Source: Phoronis australis
Lineage: Eukaryota > Animalia > Phoronida
Assembly (NCBI GenBank): GCA_002633005.1
Contig: NMRA01000111.1
Span: 875,152-919,475 of the forward strand
Direction: 5' to 3'
DNA length: 44,324 bases
This document shows, piece after piece, positions 33,977-44,324 of the stretch. Position 1 is the first letter of the stretch, and the number at the start of each line of letters is the position of its first letter. The notes under the pieces were generated by a model. That model did not search any database. It saw only the letters and a list, made by a program, of their open reading frames with translations, and was not told the origin of the DNA. Both the position numbers and the translations under genes were made by a program.

Positions 33977-36900
33977 AACATTTAGTGCACTTAGTGCACC
34001 TTGTATAACCGTGGAAAAACCAATCGAATGTGGACATGTAGAACATCATGAACGTCTACGAATTGTTTTCACCAAATTAAGAAATTCACACTGAAATCTT
34101 CAAAGATTCATATATCAGCCATCCTATTAGCACGGAGGGATCTCGGAAAATGACATTAGTAGACGGATTTGCAAAGCATTTTGATTTGTATTGGCTGCCG
34201 CCAAATCGGTCATCAATTTTAGTAAGTACACCTGGACAATGGATTGTACATTTCCATGGCAACTCATGTTGTTCTGCGGGGGGCAAAGCCATAAAGAATC
34301 AACAAATTGCCATTTTCAGAGATTGAGATTGCAAGAAATTTATAACATCTGGGTATGAACGGGAAAATACAATGCAATAACCGCCAATGAATATTAATGA
34401 TCCCTCGCAAAAACACATGGCTGTACCTAACAGACAGAAACAGTCAAATAAATTGTATTTACACAGGAAAAGTAAAATTGTTAAATACAGCTTTGATAGG
34501 CAGCCGGCATAAATTGTCGTCAGGTGTCGAAACATGCGGTGTAGTTCATCATTCAAACAATGTGCTGCATTTGACAAAGCCAATCAAGGATTAAACGATA
34601 CATCCATTCAAAATTAGACTCTACAATTGCCACAGAAAACACGAAAATGGATAAAGACGAGGTTTGTATCAATGACGTAAACAACGACCTGAGATAAACC
34701 TCTACTGCAATACACATTCCGAGCTACAATTCCCCCGAGTAAGTTGCTCAAATTTCCAATGCTGGTTGCAAATCACTGCGTATAATCTTGCAATAAATTA
34801 AACTATAACATCGATGCTCGAGTTTTATCACAATCACGATGTCTGTGAATTTCTGGCCTAGATCTACCACAGTCAAATCCCTTGGGTTCCTGAACGGATT
34901 TCTCAGCTGGAGTCATTTGTGCTGGATAAATGAACAAGACAGAAGGACTATTAGCTGGCCACACTATTCCATCATGACGTCATTTCTTGATCTCGCTTTC
35001 AATAAGGATTTTATTAATACTTCAATAACCACTTTATTTCCAGCAATTTGCCACAACAATGCTGACGAAAGAGCCGCTCTTACCTAGTAAACACTTTGAT
35101 GCTGTAGCTGAATAACTGCACACGATCTGTCGAGGACTGGAACACTCGGTCATTTGGTGCACACTTCTCAAAAGTGTACGCTTGAATTTAATCTTTATCA
35201 TCAATAATCGCCTACTTGAGAAAACTATATTACCGGTAGCACTTGTAGCCATTCTCTACCATTGTGTAACGGAGAGATATTTTGTAAGTCTAAGCTTACA
35301 CTTGCAACAATATTTAACTACATAGCATAAGCTTCATAACACTCGAGTCCAAGATTGGGAAATACCAATGGTATACAAGAAGGATTGCCAGACTATCAAA
35401 ATGATTAAAGAGCCGCATGGAGAGGTTCTTCTATCCAAATATGACACGTTACCATAGATACAGACAAGTCTCCGAATACCAAAAGTGGGACTCACCTTTC
35501 ATTTCAAGAATACAGCCCAATCTCCCATGGTAATGAAGCAATTTGTCAATCGAAAGGAAGTAGTTGACAGATTGTTTGATAATCTGACACTGGGGTACAA
35601 TGTTTTTATCTTACTTGAGTGCAAATCATGCGTGTGTTAATTCTTATCACTCTCCTGCTATTTTCCCAAGCCAGTATACACACGCTTTGTGAATGAGAGT
35701 GATATGGATGGCGATAGGCTAACCATGATGTTAAGAATGACGATGGTGACGTTATGATGACGACGACGGCAAAGATGCAACGACAGTTGCAATAACGGAA
35801 GGCTAGCTACGCTGTGGCGTAAGTGATCGAGACGTCATGGTAACAGCACCGAGGCACATTGCGTCTTAATATAGCATCTAATCATTAAACAGGTGTCTAT
35901 ATGATTTGTTTGAAGAAGTTTGTTTACGTTTCGGAGATAAAATACGGTCGACGACCACTCTCAGCAATGTACAATGTTGATAAATTTGTAGGATTAGCGA
36001 CCAATTGGCTTGTATTAGTGATAAATTAGCACTGCTGGATAAGTTGATAACTTCATACCAAGGTCAGTGATGGTCTTCACAACACGTGACGAAAGAATGA
36101 CAACCTATCTTCATGGTTGCAATCACTGTTTAGCTTACCACTGCAAAATCTCCTTCTTTGAACAAAAGGACAAAAACGGTCTAAACGTTTATGAATTTCA
36201 ACGAGTAAACTTCTTGTACTCAGTTACTGTTCACACATGAGTGCTCAATCGCACAGACGCAGGCAACATATAATTTAACTTAATTTCGGGAATGTGTTTG
36301 ACATCAAACGAATTTGTTGAATTTAATTACCTTTTGTAGCTACAGATAAAGAAGCGGCGCCCAATACAAAACAAAGTGTACTATCTGTTTTCACCAAAAA
36401 GTGCGAAGGGTATTTATATTACCAGACGCTAGCAGGAATTAGCCAAGAAGATTGGAAATCAGATAACCGCAGTTAGCACCTGTAGAAATAGAGGGGGAAG
36501 TCTATATTTTCCAGAGGAGTGGCTAAAAATACAACAGGACAATCAAAGTTTAAGACTTGTTCTATTCCGATCCATTGGCATTTGGGATATCAATAACATT
36601 TGTTCCGAGCTAACAAGCTACAATAATCATGACACCATTAAATCTCATCTTACACGAGTCAATAGTTGTTGACTTTGTGCTTGTTTAACAAGAAAACATT
36701 TAGAGAAATGAAAGCAACTAACCTCTTTGCAATAGTACGTAGGAGGGTTAAGACGCACACCGTTGCTTCATAATGAAATCAGCAATCCGAATAACAGACG
36801 ATACAACCAACATTCCTTTATGAATCTACCGTAGTTAATCGACGCATGTCAGCATTCTAAAATTTCGCTGTTTCCAAATTTAAGAACGAGACATAATTTC

Positions 36901-37660
36901 AATGCGTTAAGCATGTTTGATGTGCCTAAATTGCAAAAATGGCAAAACTAGTTGTAAATTTGAAGCATTCTATCAAACACACGTTTTGTTTATTGTGGAT
37001 CAGAGGGTGTAAACTTGTACAGAGCACAAAACTTGTGAGCCGAATTAGAATATGTTACTCATAGTATTCTAAATGAACGTAGTATGTTGCATTCACTGCG
37101 AAACACCTGCATTTCTGAATAAATGTTTGTTTTCCTACTTTTTCAGGCTATAGCCCACAATTACATACTGCGCTACGTTCTAAACATTACAATTGTTAAA
37201 ACGAGATTAAATAGACTTTGAGCTTCGCGGTTTTCTTTTTGTTCGAAAGCCAGTACTTCCACTAACAAGTTGATCCCTGGATTATTTTTAATACACCTGA
37301 ATTACCAACACCTGTGACGCCAAAGCGCCGATCCTACATCGGACGATAGCAACACAAACAGAGGGTGTTATTTTCATCTCTTGTGAGCGATTAATCCATC
37401 AAAATGTGACCAGAAATTCGTGGAATGGCTAACCGAATGCATTCATTCCAACTGGCATTAGTTGTCACGTTAATGAATAGGCTACAGCGAGACGGTAGCA
37501 CGTGGTGAGCTATTCTCATTACTTTGTGCAATCTAGAAAAACTATTTTATTGAAAAATAAACAATTTCTTTGCGATTTTCACCCATTTCTCATCAATCGT
37601 TATTTATAATACACAAACAGGTTTGCATAAAGTATGAACGTTAAAAGGGAGTCCGTTGGT

Positions 37661-37732
37661 ACGTAGACGCGAGAACCTCGCGAAAACGCGATGATCACAC
37701 CTAGTTTCCTTCACGAGATTCTTGCGTCTACG
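37661..37732. repeat. Short inverted repeat / hairpin (possible MITE relic)
   Basis: cgtagacgcgagaacctcgcgaa pairs imperfectly with ttcacgagattcttgcgtctacg. Confidence 0.55.
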
Positions 37733-40436
37733 GAACAGCATCCAGATTTTGGTAATACCACGAGATCGTCACAAATTCATATACGAACGAATACCAGTAT
37801 GTGCTTTACTGCTCGCTAGTTTTACTCGCAAGCGACGTCACAGCTTTTAATTGCGTGTAAATCATTCGAATATAAGGATAAGCAATTCATCCCAGTGCAC
37901 TGGAGCGTGATAGCAAACCATGAATTGTAGAAGTAGTAGCGAGTATTTGTGAGAACAGGTTCTTTACTTCCCACAAAAAAATCTAAAATGCGTCACTTTG
38001 AGATCGATGAAAGGTTTTGAGAATGCAGATTTCGAAATCCGTATAAAGAGATCGATGCTAGTAACCTAATCATCGGATTGAATAGATTAATGTGCACTGT
38101 GCAACATTTTTAGTAGCTTGTCGGACAATGCTGACCACGAAATACTCTATCTCTCTTTTCATTAAAAATATAAAATCTTCGTCGTAGTTAACCAAGTCCA
38201 AAGAAGACGATTTTTGGACCTCGGGGCTTGACAAAATGAAGCCCCCCGCCATGACAAGGGAGATAACTGTGTGAACAAAACTGTCAGGCTTATTGGTCAC
38301 GCGCGGGTGGCAGTTATTTATCTGTCATCCTTATTGTCCGTGAATCGAAAGTTAATGGTAACGATTTTGCATTATAAGCTTTTAGAAAACCGGGAAAATA
38401 ATTTCCTTTTAATTTCACCAACAATGAATTTTGCCTATATATTTAAACGATGTTGTCAACACGGGAAGACGTTTCATTCAATGCTTTTTGTGCCACAAAA
38501 CCTGCCTTTCGCACTACCGTGTATTAGACACAGACAATTTGAGAGTACTTCAGGGGAGAAAATGACTGACATCTATTCTCAAGGCGTAATTGCCTATTTA
38601 CGGGGCAGACACTGAGTCTGGGATATGAACAGAACAATAAACGACCAGGTTAGCGTTTCACTCCAGATTATCCCAATTATGACACCCTGCACAGGCATTT
38701 AACTGTCACCCCTTTAACAGGCGCCGTCTATTCGCAAGAGTCTTCGGTTAGGTAAACAAAAGCAAAAAATAAGTCGATTTTCGATAAAATGACACGTTCA
38801 AGACAAGTCAAATGGTTCGTGTTTCAGTAAACTGTATTTTAGAAAGGTACTTAGTGTTTAAACATTCGAATCTTACATTTGTAGTCCCACCTCCAACGTT
38901 CACATGAAATCAATCGTTACAGTGCTATCTTAAATTTTACAATCATGTTTTTTGGAAAGACTTGGCATTCAATTATATGTACGAGCTCCACCAAACAAAA
39001 GATATGCAGGTGTTTAATTACACGATCCGTGTAAACAATGTTTCCATAAACAATACAACTTCACAACGAAATTGTTTAACAAATAAAGAAAAGCGAAATA
39101 AGATAATTTCGAAACAGAAAAAATGCACATGAGGTCCCGGAGAAACTTCTGAACAATAAAACACCACGCTTTTGACATTAATTAAAAGAAATTTCGTGTT
39201 TCTAACACTATCTATTTCCAATCTCCGTACTCGACATTTCCAAGTATTCAAAATATGAAGAAACACCACAGAGGGATTCCCGTTCTCTTACCTTACACGG
39301 AAGGCGACAGAGAGTCTGGTCAGACGTCTTTCCCATACAATTGTTGATGGCTGAGTGACATAACGGAATTCGTCTCTGATTATTTGTCAAGCTATTTATC
39401 TACGAATTCCCTTTATACCAGGATATTTCCCATCTTTTCTGCGTAAGTGCGGTGGGCGAATTATGTGTACAAATGTTATTGTTCGCAATAAGCGCAGCGC
39501 AAACACAACCGAGTGTGCGGACCTTCGATTGAACCGTTAATGTTGATTTAAGCCATTGTTGAATTCATTTCACGAACACAAGAACACGGAGTTATAGAAA
39601 CATTCTAGTGTCAATCCTTTTGCAAAATCGACCCTCTCAGTAAAAATAACCACGCAAAGAACAAATCCTATTTAGAAGGAATCCAGCTAGCCTTTGGCAA
39701 TAGATGACATAGAGAAAAGCAAACACTTACGAAGTATCCCTTTGGACTAACCTCACTAAGACTCACAGGTGTATTCAGGCTAAGTAGTGTCTTTTATTTA
39801 TTCGAGTTCGGACCAATGCGATGTCACACAAGTTGAGTCAAATCACTTTATCCAATTTGTTTATTATTTGCTACCGTTTGTTTGTTCTTAATTGTCCCCG
39901 TGTTTGCAACGACTGAATGCCCTTCGTTTACCCAGGTGCAATGTTTTTGAGAGTGAGGTGAAAAACCAAGGATGACGTGTGCAGTTGTAAACTGACTAAT
40001 GACATTTCGTTTGTTACATGTATATGTTAAACTCAAAATGGCGCAAGCAGGCTTGGCGTTACAATTCAAAACATCGTTGACAGCACGCGCCATTATGATT
40101 TAGAATTGTTACTTCGCGATTAAACACGTAAATGTATTTTCTCAACAAACAGCAGACTAAGAGGTTATGAGGAGATTGAATTAATTTGTTATGGTTGCTA
40201 TTATATTATTTCACCCTTATCCTTCGATGGTGTTCAAGCTTGCACGTATGGTGTAACTGAGTGGGTGGTCTTCCGATGTCGCAACATCGAATGCGAAAAG
40301 TATGCTACGGATTTAATATGCAGTTTGATTTAAGTTCCAATCATAAGAAAAGATTTGCGGAACTAACGAGATTGCATATTCTGGTACACGTTTAAGAGTG
40401 CAATCAAACTTTTACACCCCAATAGATAAAACCTAT

Positions 40437-40623
40437 TTTAAGATAAAACTTAAATTTGTCTCAAGATATTTAAAAAAGAGATCTTAAGTTTGACTTATGT
40501 TTTTGACTTAAGCTTTGTCTTAATTTCGACTTATCAGTTGTGGAAGTTTCAAAGTTTGGAATTTGATACAAATCTTAGACTTAAGTAAAAATGAACTTAA
40601 GTCAGTTTCTTAGAACGGATCCC
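40437..40623. mobile_element. Partial copy of the 8656-8907 MITE
   Basis: Shares caaatcttagacttaagtaaaaa...cttaagtcagtttctt.gaac; left TIR not recognisable. Confidence 0.65.
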
Positions 40624-41560
40624 TTGTCTCAAACGTTACTACAAAGTTGAGTTTTACTTCTAAAATTCCTAATTTCTGACGTATTTTTCCAATAATTCAA
40701 CCCTCAGGAGAAAAAATAGACTATACGTTGATAGTCTTTAGAACTTTGAAGTTTACTGTGCTCCTGGCACGTTGCTCAAGAAAATTTTCCATCGTTGGAA
40801 ATCCCTCAACAAATAACTTGTGACTAACGCCACAGAAACTGTAATGGTTGCCTACATATAGGCAGAATGTGGCCGAAACGGTCGTTGGACGACAGAACCA
40901 AAACCATCCTCAGGGACTGCATAGGGAGATTTTTCAAAACCTCACACAGAGATTTGACAGCGCCGACAACAAAGGTTTCCACACGGTATATTAATCCCGA
41001 GCCGGGATCCCAACACCTGCCCTATTTCACCGCAGGATAATCCTAATACTTGACCCAAGTTGCTGACGTTTGACACCCAGCAAGTCCTCTGTGCTCGCGG
41101 AGAGTCACGAACAATAGCACTGAGTAGCGTTAAAGATGAGAGAATACTTTGATACGGCTAATGAGACATCTGCAATGGCGAGAATATTGTACTTGAAACT
41201 TGGCGAAATAAAGAAAAATCTGCAGCGGAGTGTCTGTTTCTATGCGATAGATAATGCCGAGTCGCATTTTGTCGCCTGCAAAGAACCAGAACAGTTGAGT
41301 AGGGCCATAAACCCTCCTCATTGTATATGACGTCGCAGCTTATCTGCGTGACATCGCTTCACTTTTCCGTGTAGGGTACCGCCAGCTTGGCATTCTCCGG
41401 CAACGTTCAAAGTTGCCGTCGCAACGTCTGCATGACAGAATAGAAGCAACACTCAGCGACGTGTTGGTGTTTGGTCCAGAACAGTGCATCCCACTCAGTA
41501 GGAGTAGAGGAACGCCTATAAAGTGTACACAACATGACTCTAGTACCTCAAAATAAACTT

Positions 41561-42728
41561 TATTACTTGGCGAAATAAATTTCGCCAAGTATGTTGCTCT
41601 TCCACTAAGTTTGTTTTTTTTTGTTTGTTTGCACGATACAGGTCGCAATTTTCGTCCGATCATCACGAAATTTACACATAACACGTACTTCCGGAAGTTT
41701 TTCGTCAAAATCGGATCCAAGATGGCGGCTGTGGCGGCCATTTTGTTTTCATTTAAAGGTTCAAATGCTTCTGGAGGCTACAATTTTTTACGTAAAAGGC
41801 TAAGAAATCGGCACCGTAAATGGACCAGAAGCTTGCTACAAGTATACCGGAAATTGTTTACTTCCGGTTAAATATGGCGGAAATATCGGCGATCGCGCAT
41901 GGCCTAAAAACGTTTTCTCCTGTAGAGGGCGCATTTTGAGACCAATTCCTTCGAATTTTTATAGCTTTTAGTTTCTTATGACATGCTATTATACAAAGCC
42001 AAAAAACCGGAAGTTGCTTTCAAGATGGCGCTTCTGGCGCATGTTGACCTATTTTCAGTCGTGCTGAGGTTCCACCTAAACGCGATGAGAAAATGACGTG
42101 AACTTTTGCATGTGGATCCTTAAAGGTATACTCTTTCAAATGAACTGTAACAATTTTTTCTCAGGCTTACCGTTTTCGAGATATTTGACTTCGAATTTCT
42201 TAAGAAAAAAATTATTTTTTTCGAAAAATTTACGGAATTAGGCTATACCATCAATTTAGATAGAATTTTGAACGGGCTTTCAGAAGATGTTTTCCATTTT
42301 TGGTTAGGACGTCTACTTTTTGAGTCATTTGAGATTTTCCTATAACGCTGTTCTTTTGTTGAGCGCACTTGCTGCATTGATGTTGGTTTATCTTCTATTG
42401 AACTAGACTGTCGCCTATTTCTTATTGATTTATGACATCTAAGTTCGTCATATGAATGTTGTGATGTTGTTCATCATCGCCACCACCATCATCATATTCG
42501 TCATCATCTTCGTCATCATCTCCGTCGTTGTCTTTTCCGTTAATTTCGCCAAGTGTCGCTCAAGACCGTAGCCTTTTTCATACTGATTTCGGACTTCTAC
42601 GTTCGTCATGTGTATGTTATTATTACTTCTTTTGTTCATCCTCGCCACCATCGTCGTCATATTCGTCATCATCTTAATCGTCATTTTTTGGTTAATTTCG
42701 CCAAGTTTCGCTCCTCGGAGCGCTTTCA
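41561..42728 (+). mobile_element. Helentron/Helitron2-associated non-autonomous element (DINE-1/HINE-like)
   Basis: 5' subTIR ACTTGGCGAAAT (41565-41576) with adjacent inverted copy (41579-41590), short (gttt)n tract, 3' subTIR ATTTCGCCAAGT (42695-42706), then hairpin CGCTCC-TC-GGAGCG (42709-42722). T-rich insertion site with no clear TSD; empty site near 14635. Confidence 0.75.
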
Positions 42729-42919
42729 TTATTATATCTTACTTGATTTCAGTGCCTTTAGTGCACAGCTCATAAAGAAACACGCAAAAATTGAAAAAAT
42801 AATAATTATGTACAACGTCATGGGTTGAACCCAAGTCGTTCGCCATACTGTTCGAATCAGAGACAAAGTGTAGAGGGAAGTGAAAGCAAAGTACATTTAA
42901 CGTCGAGAAGGCTCGTAGG

Positions 42920-43159
42920 GATCAAAAGATGTGTTTCCGGAGGCTGCAGCAACAGCAGCCAGGCGGAGAACGTCTCGGTTTTCCGAAGGACACCAAAGTT
43001 GCGCAGAAGTGGCATCGCTTCGCGCGCCGAACGAGAGTGTGGGACCTCATCGTGGACCAAGCAATTCGGTCCGGGGCCACTCTGTGTTCTGCCCACTTTG
43101 AGGACTCGTGTTTCGACTCCAGTCACAGGAGATGTTACGATGAAGGCCTGGTTCAATAA
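42920..43159 (+). pseudogene. THAP-domain remnant
   Basis: KRCVSGGCSNSSQAENVSV / FPKDTKVAQKWHRFARRTR...LCSAHFEDSCF from the overlapping ORFs 42825-43196 and 42929-43159. Confidence 0.7.
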
Positions 43160-43192
43160 AGGACAATATTTATCATTCAGAAACATCGGCTC

Positions 43193-43435
43193 TTAATTCA
43201 GGATCGTCTGTTGGACGACTGGGTTGACTCGCCGAGCCCGATTCTCTCGCGGGAGGATCCAGTTCGTAAGGCTCAAAGTAGAAAAGTACACAGCCGGAAG
43301 CACATTAAACTCGTTCTCGCTTTCGTGCAACCCCATTTCCTCATCCTGGCCACCATTCCCGTACGTTTCTTCATAGTATTCATTCAATTCTTGCTCATAA
43401 TCGTCGTCGCTCTCAAATTCACTGCTCTCCGCCAT
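43193..43435 (-). pseudogene. Acidic N-terminal remnant of the element's second (accessory) gene
   Basis: MAESSEFESDDDYEQELNEYYEETY...; homologues at 15087-15287 and ~15790-16030 continue LRPYELNPP. Confidence 0.5.
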
Positions 43436-44324
43436 TGTTCAATGCTAGTCACTGATTTCTTGTGTTCAACCCATGACGTCACATGGCGGGAAATGTGAAA
43501 ATTGGCAAAATTGAAAGGAAATTCAAAATTTCGAGCTAATTACACAAAATAAACATGGGTTTAGCTAAATTTTACATCATAATTTATTCTGTGGCCACCG
43601 GTAATTCAAAATGTGCAAAAATCCATGGTGTGTACTGTTTAATGTCACTAGGGGGTGTATTGAAATAAACGTCAGCCGTGGTCGTCACGGCAGGAACCAA
43701 AGTGCTACATATATGCATGGGCGGTGCACCATAGGGGAATCCTTTTAGCGGTTTGACAGATAGTGAGACGAACTGCCAAAGACCGAACTCGTAAATAATA
43801 ACGACGACCTCTAGGTAGCGCAGAATCACTGAGTCGAATCCATCCGAAAATGGAAATAGGTGATAGTCCGTAGCTCCAGACTTTTTCATCCCGATATGAC
43901 CATGACAGGGTGGCAACTTCGTTTTCCCTGTGTGATTAATTATATCCTCAAGAATATGGTATCCGAAAAGTCCCCACGCTTTTTAAGAGTGACTCCATAT
44001 AAAAACCAACAGGTAGAGTCTATACCCAAAATCGCCGATTTTTTTTGAAACTTAGCACATGAGTTTGATTTGTTGAGATGTAGAAAAACCTCACTTTTTA
44101 AGAATTTTCATTCATTATTTTTCTTTTTATGACCTGTACCTCCATTTTGCAACAAAATTGGGCGTCGAAGTAGGCATGTTTGAATGCATTTTACTAGCAT
44201 GTATGATACGGTCAAAACAAATGAATAATACGAATTGAAAGGGCAATGGCTGAATAATGTAATGGCATAACTTTCAAAATCCATTTTTAAATTTATACGT
44301 TTTGAATTTGTGAGGCAAAAACGG

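Larger units (their letters stand above)
41522..43638 (+). mobile_element. Kolobok-type non-autonomous transposon, second copy, with nested Helentron-type element
   Basis: Flanked by ATAA/TTAA; same termini; 42728-43638 is colinear with the first copy. Confidence 0.75.

Noticed and set aside
42448-42729. Met/Thr-rich 93-aa ORF
   Set aside because: Translation of a (gat/gac)n low-complexity tract inside the Helentron-type element.
43900-44324. Transposon-like non-coding sequence at the window edge
   Set aside because: No terminus or second copy inside the window.

Overview
AT-rich eukaryotic (animal, probably invertebrate) draft-genome window with three assembly gaps (5329-6056, 15320-15387, 23856-24230). 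Most ORFs in the supplied track are spurious. Three spliced protein-coding genes can be rebuilt by hand, all on the minus strand with GT-AG introns and consistent phases. Two are tandem paralogues encoding a divergent 148-aa FABP/iLBP-like (calycin) protein with the classic 4-exon layout (3510-7442 and 18929-22762), inside a duplicated block (~3040-9030 vs ~18370-25600). The third is a 412-aa Big-brain-like aquaporin (29525-32613) that keeps a canonical water-type ar/R filter and has a Tyr-rich tail ending in a PDZ-type motif. The rest is dense with mobile DNA, and many insertion sites can be resolved against an empty site elsewhere in the window: Kolobok-type TTAA elements with convergent THAP and acidic ORF remnants, a nested hAT foldback, a nested Helentron-type element, a tRNA-derived SINE, two LINE fragments and several MITEs, one of which appears to supply the paired CRE motifs in both FABP-like promoters. 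All calls are from manual reading; no database search or alignment program was run.
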